Source: Mobula hypostoma
Lineage: Eukaryota
DNA length: 64,000 bases
Assembly (NCBI RefSeq): GCF_963921235.1
Contig: NC_086109.1
Coordinates: 87,854,001 to 87,918,000 of the forward strand
Direction: 5' to 3'
This document shows, piece by piece, positions 25,693 through 39,252 of the stretch. The translations under genes and the position numbers were made by a program. Below the pieces are notes generated by a model, which saw only the letters and a program-made list of their open reading frames with translations, had not been told where the DNA came from and ran no database searches. Numbering within the stretch: the stretch's first letter is position 1; every line of letters begins with the position of its first letter.

Positions 25693-27084
25693 ATAACAAA
25701 AATAAAATTAGAGTTTAAAGTACAGATAAGGAATAAAATATGCAAAGCTACATAAATACCACCATGTATCTGCAATGTATACAGCATAGTAAAAAGTGGT
25801 TTAAAGTGTTTACAGTGCCGTGCAGTGACTGAGGTAATAGATGGGGAAGGAATGTGTTCATTCAATGCGAATGGTTGATCAGATTAATTGCCTGTGGGAA
25901 GAAACTTTTAAGATGGCATGAAGTTTTTGTTTTAATATTCCTATATCGCTTTCCAGAGGGGATCTTTTGCAGGGTGGCCAGTGACTGCAGTGATTTTTCC
26001 TGCCTGTTTCTTTGTCCTGGACACGTGCAACTCCTGCAGTGATGGTAGACTGCAGCCAACGACCTCTTCTGTTGACCTGACCTGACCGCTCACTGTAGTT
26101 TTCTGCATCCCAATATCCAAGTCACTTGCATCGGATGTGGACACTGTAGCCTTACGGATTTCCTGAGTGAACCCTGCATCAACTGTGCTGTATCTGATTC
26201 CTGGTGTTGCTTAGAAACCTCCCGGCATTATTATTCCAAACAGGATCAGCAAGTTAATCAGTAAAGGAGTCTTTCTGAGTAAAGTAAGATCAAAGAGTTC
26301 ATAAAGATTCAGAGAGCAGCATATAAAATGCAAATAAAACACAAAGATAAACTGAAGGTGCCGGAAATCTAAAAGGAAAACAAAAAAAAATCTGGAGATA
26401 AGTCAGACTGTATCTGTGAAAGCGAAAGATTAAAGATTTTTTTAGATTGGGCTTATAAGTCACATATGCATCGCAGTGTACAGTGAAGTGCATCATCACA
26501 TGAAGTCAAATCAGTGAGAATCGTGCTGGACAGCCCATGGGTTTCCTTGCACCTCGGGTACCAGCATAGCTAGCTCACAGCCCACTAACCCTAACGCATG
26601 TGCCTTCAGAATGTGGGAGGGAACTGGAGCACCTGGAGGAAACTGACGTGGTCATGGGGAGAACACAGCCAGTGCCGGCTTACAGCTGTAATAACATTAC
26701 GCTGGCAGGTATGCTACCATATGCTTCAGGTCGAAGACTTTGATGAAGGATCTTAAACCTTCAGTTGCAACCTGACTTGCTGATCATTTCCATCCAGTTA
26801 GTTTTCATTACATTTAATGCAAAGTCATCACAAGTAGGTCAAAACATCTTGTTCAAACTGAATTTGCAACTTCTAAAATATTCTTTTAATTTGGAAAATC
26901 AGCATTAAGGTAGTATTCTTGGCAATTACATTGAGTTCTTTCCTTGTTTCACCATAGTGTTACCCAGCTCAAAGTATTTTCTTCAGACACAACCCAGGAT
27001 CTGAAACGCAAACCTGATAATTTCCCTTATTGATTTAAAAGTATTTGAAAATGTAATTCTGAATTTGTATATAATTTTTATATA

Positions 27085-27356
27085 CAACACACACAAAATG
27101 CTGGAGGAATTCGGCAGGCCAAACAGCACCTATGGAAAAGAGTACAGTCGACATTTCAGGCCGAGATCCTTCATCAGGACTGGAGGAAAAAAGATAAGGA
27201 GTCAGTCTTTTTTTTCTCCAGTCATGATGAAGGATTTTGCCCTGAAATGTCAGCTGCTCTCTTTTCCGTAGATGCTGCCTGGCCTGCTGAGTTCCTCCAG
27301 CATTTTGTGTGTGTTACTTGGATTTCCAGCATCTGCAGATTTTCTCTTATTCGTGT
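27085..27356. mobile_element. Older fold-back Penelope pLTR insertion with hammerhead core
   Basis: ~105-bp imperfect inverted arms; minus-strand cagtcCTGATGAaggatctcggcctGAAAtgtcgactg at 27145-27182; degenerate TSD taa(c)tttttatat. Confidence 0.75.
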
Positions 27357-28266
27357 TAACTTTTTATATGCTTTAAAAAAAAAATAATCGATTGGGGGGT
27401 ATCAGTAGTGGCTTTAAGATTGCTCAAGGCTTGCACTGTTGGTCATGGAGTAATTTTTTAAACAAAATATCTAATGATTGACAAATTTATTTTGAGTTGC
27501 ATTGAGTTTACTTTGTGAGGTGGTTATCTGAAAATAACACTTAAACACCTAAAAGCTTTTATTTGATTGATTTATATAGAGATATAGATGGAACAGGCCC
27601 AGCAACCCACCTATTTAACCCTAGCCTAATCACAAGACAATTTAGAATGAGCAATTAACATACTAACCCGTACATCGTCAGACTGTAAGAGGAAACTGGA
27701 GCTCCTGGAGGAAACCCACGCAGTTACAGGGAGAGGGTATAAACTCTTATAGACAACACCAGAATTGAACTTCAATCTCTGGAATGCCACAAGCTGTAGT
27801 GGCGTCATGCTAATCACTGTGCTATCCTAGCATCCACGGCAGTCACTCAGTATTTTAGAATTTGATGTCATTGGCTAAGACAAATACAGTACATTTTTAC
27901 TGAAACCTGTGGAGAGCTTATTTAACTAAATTAGAAGGGCTTCACTGAAGGCTTCAGCAGATTACTGTTGGGTACTTTAATCAAAAAATCGTGGTATTAA
28001 GACGGTCATGGTCTGTGATCAGACGGCAGCCACCTGTACCAGTCTTTATATAACCTGTAATTTTTTTTGAAGTGAATTTTACTTCTGAGTTAATGGATCA
28101 TGTCCACTGAGATTAAGGGATACAAGTTTCTTTCTAATTATTTTCCAGTTACACTGGCTCCCACTTTGGCTCTTAACTTTATGAATAGTTTTGTGTGGGT
28201 GAAATAAAGGTCATGAAATGAAAGGCTTAACACATTGGCTTTGCACGTTGGTTGTTTCTCAAGTTA

Positions 28267-28429
28267 NNNNNNNNNNNNNNNNNNNNNNNNNNNNNNNNNN
28301 NNNNNNNNNNNNNNNNNNNNNNNNNNNNNNNNNNNNNNNNNNNNNNNNNNNNNNNNNNNNNNNNNNNNNNNNNNNNNNNNNNNNNNNNNNNNNNNNNNNN
28401 NNNNNNNNNNNNNNNNNNNNNNNNNNNNN
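28267..28429. other. Assembly gap (N run)
   Basis: Run of n. Confidence 1.
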
Positions 28430-29299
28430 ACATTTCTCCAAACCACGGTGTAAAGCACTATAGTACACATAACATACAATAACTTATAAAAGTAAGGATG
28501 AAATCTACAGATGGACTACACATAAATAAACAAACCAAAGTGCATAAATTAAATATTGTAATGTACAAAACAGATTAACCAGTGAGAATTTGAGTGCAAT
28601 GCCGCAGGGAGTTCAGAAGCCTCATAGCCTGAGGGAAGAAACTGTTTCCCATCCTCACCGTTCTGTTTTTTTATGGATCAGAGTCTCCTGCCTGATGGTA
28701 GAAAGTCAAAGAAGATGCTGGATGGCTGAGTGGGATCCTAAGGGCCCTGTGTACGTGTGCCTTCTGATAATTGTCTCTGATAGATGGTAGGGAGACCCTT
28801 ATGATCCTGTTAGCTGTTCTTAAGGTCCTTTGTAGGTCTTCCATCTTTCATTGATTCTATTATATTTCTGTGTATGCCTGCAAGAAAATTAATCCCAGGT
28901 TTGTATATGGTGACATATATTTACTTCAATAATAAAATTACTTTCAACTTTGATGTTGGCTCGTGTCTTCTGACTTGGTCTTCCATGATACGGTCTCTGT
29001 GGAAGGAGATATTTACTGTCCAAGGATTGTTTGGATTATTGAAATATCTTTTATACTGATAAAGCTTGGTTAAGTCGATGCTGCTTCCAAAATTTCCAAA
29101 ATATTTTCGACCAGCTTGCTAAAGAAAAATTAAAGTTGTTGAATGGGGTGAATGGATCTGAGGACAGAGTGGTCGAGTCTCTCCTCATGTTAAAACAACT
29201 CCAGATATAGTTTAGCCGTTAATTAAGAACAAGTAAAAGCATCAATATCTAACTTCTTTCCCTCCTTTTATAGTTAGAGTTATGGAACACTACAGCACC

Positions 29300-30095
29300 G
29301 AAAATGCTATTCCATTTTCTCAGTTCTTTGGTCTCTGATGCCTCTGGTTCCAGGATGAGCCTTTCCAGAGCATCAGAGATGTTCTCTTTCTTCAATGAAT
29401 GGGTTTTCCCTTCCTCCATTAATGCTGCCCTCACGTGTATCTCCTCCATTTCCCAAACATCTGCACTCACCCCATCTTCCCCATCTTAACAAGGACGGAG
29501 GTATTCTTGTATTCACCTACCACCACATGTACTTCTGCATCCAGCTCATCATTCTCCATGGCTTTTGCCATCTTCAGCAGGATCCTACCACCAAACACGT
29601 CTTTACCTTACCCCACTCTCTGCTTTCCAAAGGGATCTTTCCTTTTGAGAGTCCCTTAGCCTTTCCCTCTAATCTCCCTCTCAGCACAAATCTCTGCAAG
29701 CAACAGATTCACTTCCCCATCCACCTCTTCCCTTACCTCCATTCAAGGCCTCAAACAGTCCTTCCAGGTGTGTGTCTTCTTCTACTCCCCACTCTGACCT
29801 CTTGCCTCTTCTCTCTCGCTCTCTTTCCCCTGCCACCCCTCCTCTGCCCTTTCTCTTAGGGTCCACTCTCTCTCCTTATCAGATTCCTTTTTCACAAACC
29901 CTCTACCTTTCCCACCTGCCTGGCTTCACCTATCACCTTCTAATTAGTCCTCTTTCCCCTCACCCTGTCTTTTTATTCTGGCATCTTTCCCTTTCCTTCC
30001 CAGTCCTGAGAAAAGGTCTTGGCCTGAAACGTCGACCGTTTATTCTTTTCCATAGATGCTGCCTGACCTGCTGAGTTCCTCCGGCATTTTGTGTG
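29300..30095 (+). mobile_element. Penelope-like element fragment
   Basis: LVFTYHH...IILHGFCHLQQDPTTKHVF linker remnant, pyrimidine-rich UTR, degenerate hammerhead at 30001-30038. Confidence 0.7.
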
Positions 30096-31123
30096 AGCAG
30101 CACAGAAACAGGCCTTTCCACACATCTAGTCCATACTGAAATATTTTGCCTAGTCCAATTGATCTGCACCTGGACCAATGACCTCCATCCCCCTGCCATC
30201 CATGTACTGAACCAAATTTTTCTTAAATGCTGAAATTGAACCTGCATCCACTACTTCCTCTGTAGCTTGTTCCACACTTTCACCACCTTCTGAGTGAAGA
30301 AGTTCCCCCTTATGTTCCCCTTAAACATTGCTCCTATCACCCTTAACTCATGACCTTAAGTTATCTCTCAGTATGTTGCAGATGGTTTCAGGAGCATCTT
30401 CTGACTGTAGTAATCCTGGGCTATCCTTATCAGAGAGATTCCTCTTGCCCTATCCATCTCCCATCCTCTCTGCATCTGAAAACTATCTTGCTTTCTCACC
30501 TTCCTCATTCTGTGGAAGGATTTCAATCTGAAATTTTATTTAATTTTATTTAAATCAAAAGCATTTGCTTTTCATATATTTTTAAAACCTGTGCCTAACA
30601 CAGCCAGCACCTCAGTGTAAGCCAGTGAGCAGAATGGCAAGAAGAATTTTGTGCAAATCAATAAATGGGCAGCAGAGGTTTGCATGGCCAAGCTGAGGCC
30701 TGGTCTAAAGAGCACTGAAATAACTACCAGACTATTCCAAAATGGTTCTCCAGGGTCTAATTTTGATGCTGAAAAGATTGGTTTTCCTGCAAAGATATTA
30801 ATGTAAGTGATTGATTACTCAATTTCAACAGTGCTGTTTTTGTTCCCAGCACCAGAAAACAAAAAAAAACCTCAGTGTGTCTTGAGTTAATGTTTATGAA
30901 TCATAAAATATTCTTTTGTAAGGTGAACAATGGCATTTTTGTTAGCATACGCAACTAGTTAAAAGCTTTTAACTAGAGTGAAGGAAACCTAGAATATGAA
31001 TACCCTTCTTATCAGAATCAGGGTTAGTATCACTGGCACATGTGTGAAATTTCTTGTTTTGTGGCAGCGGTACATTGCAATACATAATAAACAAGACATT
31101 CCAATAAGATGTATATGTATATA

Positions 31124-31127
<4 letters not shown>

Positions 31128-31183
<56 letters not shown>
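31128..31183. repeat. Compound (GT)n(AT)n microsatellite
   Basis: Directly visible. Confidence 0.95.
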
Positions 31184-31185
<2 letters not shown>

Positions 31186-31807
31186 ATGCCTATAAAAAGT
31201 ATTCACCCCCCCCCCCCGTGGAAGTTTTCATATTTTACTGTTTTACAACATTAAATCACAGTAGATTTAATTTGGCTTTTTTGACACTGATCAAGGGAAA
31301 AAGACTCTTTCGTGTCAAAGTGAAAACAGATCTCTGCAAAGTAATCTAAACTTATTATAAAATGCAAGATAACTGATTGCATAAGTATTCACCCCCTTCA
31401 AGTCAGTATTTAGTAGATGAATCTTTGGCAGCAATTACAGGCTTGAGTCTGTGTGGATAAGTTTACAGCAGCTTTGCACATCTGCTCACTGCACTGTTTC
31501 CCCTTTGTTACAAAACTGCTCTTGCTCTGTCAGATTGCATGGGGATCATGGGTGAACAGTCCTTTTCAAGTCCAGCCACACATTCTCAACTGGATTGAGG
31601 TCTGGACTCTGACTTGGCCACTCGAGGACATTGTGTTTTATATTTGTAATTAATTTAGATCACTTTTTAGAGATCTGTTTTCACTTTGACATGAATGAGT
31701 CTTTTTCTGCTGATCAGCATCAAGAAACACAAATTAAATCCAGTGATTCAATGTTGTAAAGCAATAAAACTTCAAGGGGGGGGGAGAGAATACTTTTATA
31801 GGCACTA
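31184..31807. mobile_element. Internally deleted Tc1-like element in a TA microsatellite
   Basis: Long imperfect TIRs tgcctataaaaagtattcacccccc / ggggggagagaatacttttataggcac; internal ggactctgacttggcca (WPSQSPD on minus strand) remnant. Confidence 0.8.
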
Positions 31808-33079
31808 TATATAAATATATATATGTAGGTGTAAACAACTTGTTAATGAAAGGGGTCAGAGGAGAATAGACTGGGTCAAACGATCAGGAAGGCAGCAGTA
31901 AGTTAACTACCACATGTTATAACGTTGATGTTCAGGAGAGCATCCCATCTCAGCGTGCACAGCACATCACACTTTGAAGTAAGTGGGCAACAGCAGCAGA
32001 AAACTACACTGTGTTCTATGTCTGTACCAAATAAAGTGGCCACTGTGTGTAAATTGGATTAGATTTCTTTTGTAACCAGGTGACTAGGTGGATGAGGTGA
32101 GGCATGTAGATAAATATTCCAAAGAAAATCTTACACACACAAACCAGCTTGAAGATCCATTGCCAGCTGAAAACTGGCTTGCTGTTGATAAATGGCTGGA
32201 GCTTTAAAGCATGAGACTGAGGAAGGGAGAAACAAGTTTTTCTCAGTAGACTATAAAGTGGGGCTGGAAATGATGAGTCAGTCTAAGAGAATTTCTCTGA
32301 TAGGGTGAAACATTAGTATTGATTTATTATGATCATGTTTACCAAAATACTCGGAAAAGCTCATCTTGTGTACTGTTAATACAGATCAAATCATTACACA
32401 GTGCATTGAGCTAGAACAAGGTAAAGCAATAACAATGCAGAATAAAGTGTAAAAGCTACCAAAAAAGTGAAGTGCTGGTAAACGATAAAGTGCAAGATTA
32501 TAACAAGGTAGATCAAGAGTCCATCTTATTGTTCAAGAGGTCTTTCCCAGAGTCAGATAACAGTGTGATAGAAGCTGTCCTTGAGCTTGGTTGTAGTTGC
32601 TTTTAGGCTTTTGTATCTTTTGCCCAATGGGGCAGAGGGGGTAAGAAATATCCAGGGTGGCTGTGGACTTGGAATACACTGGCTGCTTTATTGAAATTGC
32701 GAGAAGTATAGTCGGAGTCCATAGAAGAGAGACTGGTTCCTGTGCAGTAATGGGGAAGGTGAACTTGGTCTATCTATGCAGTGCATTGATGTTATTGTAA
32801 TTTTTAAAATTAGGTTTGTACAGTCTACAGTGCAGAATCAGGCTCCTTGGCCTGATCTGTCGAAGCTGAAAAAGTTATGTGACTAATTTAGTCCTATTTG
32901 CCTTCCTATTATCCATATATCCCCAAGTTTTTTTCCTATCCATATATTTATCCAAATGTCTTTTAAGTATTGTTCTTGTATCTGCCTCAACTATTTTTCT
33001 GACTGCTCGTTCTGTACATAAACTTCCCTGGCTGTGAAGAAGTTGCCCTTCGGGTCCATTTTTGCCCCTCACCTTAAAC

Positions 33080-33160
33080 CAGTGGTTTCCAAGCTTTTCT
33101 CTGCCATAGATCAATACCATTAAGCAAGGGATCTGTGGACCCCAGGTTGGGAACCCCCTG
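33080..33160. mobile_element. hAT (Charlie-like) MITE, 81 bp
   Basis: TIRs cagtggtttccaa / ttgggaaccccctg; perfect 8-bp TSD ccttaaac. Confidence 0.85.
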
Positions 33161-35404
33161 CCTTAAACCATCTGGTTTTCTTGTTCCCCTTCCCTGGGAA
33201 AACAACAGTGTTCATTCACCCATGTGCGTGTGTACAGGTAACTACGCAGTAGAAACCAGATGCAGTTTACCAGATTGGAAAAGGTTCAAGTGAATCGTTG
33301 CTTCACCTGGAAAGTGATCCCAGGATGGCAGGAAGAGAAGAGGTCAAAAGATAGGTGTTGAATCTCCTGCCTCGCATGGGAAAATGTTGCCAGAGGTGGA
33401 GTGGTGGAGGAGATGGCAGAGTGAACCAGGGAGCCACGAAGGGAGTCATCCCTTTGAAATGCCGAAAGGAGAGGGGAAGGTATGCCTGGTGATTGAATCG
33501 TGTTTGAAGCTCGAGGGCATTTCTTTATAGCCTGCAGGACTCAATATTGAATCCTCCAACTTCAAAACCTTCTCCATTTCAAAGTCCAAAGTAATTTTAT
33601 TATCAATGTGCATATATGTAACCATATCCAGTCTCGAGATTCATTTTCTTGCAGACATTTACAGCAGAACAAAGAAATACATAGAATCGAAAATAAACTG
33701 TACACAAAGACTGACAAACAGCCAAATGCTAAAGAAGACAAACAGGTTTTGCATAACTAATGTGCGCATTAATTTAAATTTGATGGACAGAGAGAGGGAT
33801 GGAGAGATAACACTGAGAACATGGGTTGTAGAGTCTTTGGAAGTGAGTCTGTATGTTGTGGAATCAGTTCAGAGTTGAGGCGAGTGAAGTTACCCACACT
33901 GGTTCAGGAGCCAGATGGTTGTAGGGTAATAACTATTCCTGAATTGGTAGTATGGGACCTAAGGCTCCTGTACCTTCTACCAAATATTGTCACTTGCTAT
34001 TCTTTGCTTTTCTTCTTCATTTAAATAGTCTGCCCTGTTGGAAGTGTTCCTGTAGACCAGACTATACAATATTACACAGACTTTACAATAGTAACATATT
34101 ATACAAACAAAGAAACTTAATAGCTCCTGTCCTGTCTCCCTAGTTCACCCGGCACTGTGGCCACCATCTCTGCTAATGTGACTGACAGGTTTCTCTTCGT
34201 TTTGTTGAAGGGTCCAAAAGCTAAGTAATGAACTGTTTCTCTTTCCACAGATGCTGGTTGACCTGCTGAGTTTTACCCATAATTTCTATTTCTATTCTTC
34301 TTTTCCTATGTGAAGATTGGCTCATTGGAGCCACTAGGTCAATGCTCTCTCAGTACCTTGCCCATAGCAATTACTTTAAATTGGTAAGGAGTGTTAGGAT
34401 GCTAAACTGCTCCTCCCCTCCCCCCCCAGCTACGAGACTATTGAACTCCCTACCACCACTGAGGTCACATCACATATGAAGGGCCAGTAGCATTATACTG
34501 TTTTTTTTAAAACTTGTGTCGTAAATGTATCTTATGCAAAGTGTCAATCGTCTAGAATAAACTTTATTTTTTAAAATTTATTTGTGGTAACATTACTCCA
34601 CCCGCCACCAAGGACCACGTATACAGAAAGGTTTCAGGAAAGAGCCAGTAACATCATGAAGGATCCCACCCATCCCTCTCATGGACTGTTGTCCCACCCC
34701 CATCACAGAGTAGCATCCATGCCAGGACCACCAGACTCAAAAACAGTTAATTTCCCAAAGCAGTAAGGCTGATCAACACCTCCACCACTCCTCAATACCA
34801 TTACTTCATCATTTCCAACCAGTCACCTGATATACAGACACTACTTCTGTGCCTAGCATTACTTAATAGGCATTCAAACAATTTGCATTCATAAGCTATT
34901 TTATGTATTTATCCCACCCACTAGACTTCACCAATCATCTTCCAGCTAGCCTCTTTCCCCTCCCCCACCGCATCTTTTAATTCAGGCATCTTGCCCCTTC
35001 CCCCTCAGTCCTGAAGAAGGGTCTTGGCCCTAAATGTCCACTGCTCACTCTTTTTCATAGATGCTGCCTGACCTGCTGAGTTCCTCCAGCATTTTGTCTG
35101 TGTTGCTTCGGATTTCCAGCATCTGCAGACTTCTTCGTGCTTATATTTATTGTGTCTTGTTTTATTATTATTGTGATTTTTTTAATGCTTTTTCTTTGTT
35201 CTGCATCGGATCCAGAGTAACAATTATTTTGCTCTCCTTTACACTTGTATACGGGAAATAACATTAAACAATTTTGAGTGAGTTGTGTATACCTTGGTGT
35301 GCACCTTGGACCAGAAGAACTTTGTTTCATGTGGTGGTATACATGTATAGAGTTGAATAACGAGAAACTTGAACTTGTAAGGAAAAAGAATGGTTCTACT
35401 CCAT

Positions 35405-35638
35405 GCAACACACATCAAAGTTGCTGGTGAACGCAGCAGGCCAGGCAGCATCTATAGGAAGAGGCGCAGTCGACGTTTCAGGCCGAGACCCTTCGTCAGT
35501 CCTGACGAAGGGTCTCGGCCTGAAACGTCGACTGCGCCTCTTCCTATAGATGCTGCCTGGCCTGCTGCGTTCACCAGCAACTTTGATGTGTGTTGCTTGA
35601 ATTTCCAGCATCTGCAGAATTCCTGTTGTTTGCGTTTA
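35405..35638. mobile_element. Young fold-back Penelope-derived mini-element with 13-bp TSD
   Basis: Perfect 95-bp inverted arms (35405-35499 / 35502-35596), 2-nt loop, 42-nt tail; TSD ggttctactccat at 35392-35404 and 35639-35651. Confidence 0.9.
35497..35534 (+). ncRNA. Minimal type I hammerhead ribozyme (Penelope-associated)
   Basis: cagtc-CTGACGA-aggGTCTCGGcct-GAAAC-GTC^gactg: stem I cagtc/gactg, stem II agg/cct, loop-less palindromic stem III (ACGT); predicted cleavage after 35529. Confidence 0.75.
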
Positions 35639-38600
35639 GGTTCTACTCCATTTCAAGTTTATCCTCCAATTTATCAACTATCAGCCTTATGTGGAGTGAA
35701 TAATTCCACCATTTCCCATTATTTAGTTTTCAGCATCCTAAAATACTACGTGAGTATTTTCCCCACAAGGCATTCAATTGTTTGACAAGTATGCTCCTTT
35801 TTCTTACAGATCTATTGATGAATAATGTTGAATTATTGAAATGGTGCTATTAATGATCTTGTGCCCCTCCAGCACAGTATGCAAGTTTTTTTTTAAGCGG
35901 TTTATCCGGAAATACTTCTGTGATGTTCAATGAGTTCAGAATTGGAGAGTGTGTTGTTAAAAGTTTGTGATGAACATCCCTTTTGAAACATAGAACAATG
36001 CCGCCTCTTGTATCTATTGCAGAGCCCGATTCAGGGCAGTGCTCCTCGTTCCCCAGTCATGATGAAATTCAACTGCCGATTTAATTTCTTCAGTTCCCTT
36101 CTCTTTATCTTTCACAAAATGGAAATTTCTCATGGAGGCTTTTCTGCTCAGAAGGCTGAATCTTGCTCTTGCTGCTGAAATTCTTCCCTTATTGTTTCGC
36201 CCAGCTTCCCATTCACTGTACTCTTCCATTTTGTTGGTACTGATTCATGTTCTGCTTCTCAGCCCTTTCTTGATGGAAAACTGCTTGTGCTAGCGAAAGC
36301 TAATTAAATAGAATGACAGCAGTTCGTAAAGTTAGTTGTTTCATTAAGTAGGATTTAAAAATATTTGTTGTTATATGTAATGCTGCAAATCGGGTTTTCT
36401 GTTCTATTTTGTGAAATCTATGCCTTTCTTTTCCATTGTTATTTATACTTAAAGTTCCAAGTACATTTATTATCAAAGTATGTATACATCACACAACCTT
36501 GAAATTCATCTCTTTATGGGCAGGCGCAAAACAAAGAAACTCAAAAACCATAAAACAAAGAAGACAGTCAAACACCCAATATGCAGAAAGAAAAAATATC
36601 GCGCAAACAATAAATGTAAGCAAATATCATTCAGAACTGAAGTCCACATATCGTATTAATTGTATCATATCATATCACACTTACTATATTTGAATGTGTG
36701 ATAATGGAAATTGAACCATAGTGGATTGATTACAAGAATGTGGCAAATGCGCATATACCCGATCGATTGATTGTGCAGTGAACCCATTGGGCCTTCTACA
36801 CACTGAGAGCTCTCTCTATTATGCACGTGCTTTCAAGTGTATGTGTTTTTATCTTGGTGGGCTCAATTCATTGCTCCCACACTGCAAGATGCCCAGTGTG
36901 TACCGTTACTAACAGGACTCAGTAAAAACATTTAGTCGTACAACTGCATTGACATTCTTGCTCTGCACATACACAGCAGAAATAACATTTCCTTTTATTG
37001 TCATTCTCAAACATGTTTAAATAAAAGTAGCCCTTGTTTGGAATGAAGTGATGATGTGTATTTGGTTGTAGGGAATTGCTGGGCCAAATGGTCTCGTCTC
37101 TTTCCACATTCAGTGAATATCCTTGGATTCTCTGGATGAGATTCTAGAATGTACTGCAAAAAAGACTTGGGTCAAAGCTTGTTGTGTAAAAGGAAAGACG
37201 CCACCACATAAACATCCTTTTAGAACAGAGATGAAGAAGAATTTCTTCAGCCAAAGGGTGGTTAATCTGTGGAATTCATTGCCCCAAGTGGCTGTGCAGC
37301 TCAAGTTATTGGATATATTTAAAGCAGAGGTTGAAAGGTTCTTGATTAGTCAGGGTGTCAAAGGTTATGGGGAAGAAGGCAGGAGAGTGAGGTTAAGAGG
37401 CTCACTTTTGTGAACATCAGTTCTGAATGTTTCTTGTTGTTTGCACAATTTTTTCTGCATATTGTCTGTTTTATGGTCTTTTTTAATAGGTTCTTTTTTT
37501 TTGGTTTTGTGGCTGAGGTAAGGAGACAAATTTTAATGTTGCATATTGTATACATATTTTGATAAGAAATGTACTTTGAATTTTAACATTTGAACTTTAA
37601 GTCAGCCATGATGGAATGGCAGAGCAGGCAGAATGGCTTAATTCTGCTATGTCTTATGCTCTTATAAAGTGTGTATGAGGGCCTGTCGTTATATCAACCA
37701 AAAAGGAATTGGATGAATTGGATTAATACTAATTGTCAAAGTTACCAACTAGACTGTCCATTTATAGCCAGCATTGTATGTCTTTGTTTGTTGTCAACAT
37801 TAGACGCAACTAAATCCAGTGAAGTACCTGGTGGGCCAACATTGGGTGGAAGCATCAATTTTAATGATAAGTTTCACATCACAAAATTGTCTCTCCACTT
37901 TATTCTAAGGGAACAGTAAATATTTTAAAAACCTGCTCCATTGGGTATTAGTGTCTTTGGGACATCCGTGGAAGGTTCTGAAGAACTTCAATTCTTCCTT
38001 TTGTAGTTTTCACCCTGGTTCAGATAGATTCTGCAGACTGCTTGAGGTCCTATAGCCAAACTGCGTGAATACAATCTGTGCAAACTGCTGCTATTGCAAG
38101 CGCCCTCTCTCCTACTGATGCGTTGTATTTGTGTAGCACAAGGGTGCTGGCCAGGCAAGTCTCAGTGCTTAAATGAAGCCATGCTCAGACTTGGATTAAG
38201 ACTTCTTCCACAGTCATAAGACTGCAGGACAGCTGCCGTGTGTGCCAGTTCCTTCGATCGTGCTGCTGTCGGCTTTGCCAGCAGACTACTCAGAAACATG
38301 GACTTGCTGAGCTCTGAACATCTGCACATCAGTCATCCCCAAACAATAGTAGAACGCCACTGTGCCAAACAAAAAAAAAAATCTGGAGTATCTGGTTTGC
38401 AGTGAAGACCAATATATCTCCTTCTTCCCACCAAATTAAAATGACACATCAAACCATATCTGCCACGGAGGTATAGTATTTAAAACCAGTGGCCTAACCA
38501 CAGCCTATCAAACCCTGTACACTTGTAATATTTTCCACGTCTGATTCAATCTGACATTCTCTGCAAGTACAACAACCTTAAACATGCTGCTGTTCTTATT

Positions 38601-38914
38601 AAGCAAGAAAGTGCACTCTGAGCTCAACCTCTCTAAACTTACCTTCGTTCTCAGCAAGTTGGCAGCTTGGCACAGCTGGTAGAACTGATACTTCACGGCT
38701 CCAGTGACTTGGGTTCGATCCCAACCTCTGGTGCTGTCTCTGTGGAGTTTTCACGTCCTCCCCATGGCCGTGTGGGTTTCCCCTGGGTGCTCTAATTTCC
38801 TGCTATCTGCAAAGGTATCATTTTTTTAATGGAAATGACTTATGTTCTGATTATCGGACCTTTCTCTGTGGAAAGCTGCTTGTGCTAACTACTTCAACCA
38901 AATATATAAATAGG

Positions 38915-39190
38915 GTGGTGCAGTAGCGCAGTGGTTAGCACAGCACTTTACAGTACCAGTGACCTGGGTTCAATTCCTGCTGCTGGCTGTAAGGAGTTTG
39001 TACATTCTTCCTGTGACCACGTGGGTTTCCTCCGGGTGCTCTGTTTTCCTCCCATGGTCCAAAGACATACCAGTTAGTTGGTCATTGTAAATTGTTCCGT
39101 GATTAGGCTAGGATTAAATCGGCGGATTGCTGGGTGGCGTGACTCAAAAGGCAGGAAGGGCTTATTCTATATGATATCTCAATAAATAAA
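38915..39190 (+). mobile_element. V-SINE (HE1-like), near complete; similar copies at ~3915-4135(-), 7876-8140, 11155-11380, 18170-18400, 27590-27825(-), 38660-38810, 47835-48085, 57350-57510(-)
   Basis: A box tagcgcagtgg, B box ggttcaattcc, V-domain ggagtttgtacattcttcctgtgaccacgtgggtttcctccgggtgctc, (taaa)n tail. Confidence 0.85.
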
Positions 39191-39252
39191 TAGAAGGAAA
39201 CCAGTTCAACAAGTTGTTAATTGGATTATTTAAGACACTACATTGCCTCTTA

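Noticed and set aside
28218-28482. ORFs containing X runs (also 54380-54887)
   Set aside because: Artefacts of N gaps.
35239-35785. Near-identical peptides on both strands (ATHIKVAGERSRPG...), also at 54061-54420
   Set aside because: Consequence of the DNA palindrome, not genes.
36014-36229. 71-aa ATG-initiated minus-strand ORF
   Set aside because: No recognisable homology, splice context or retrocopy hallmarks.
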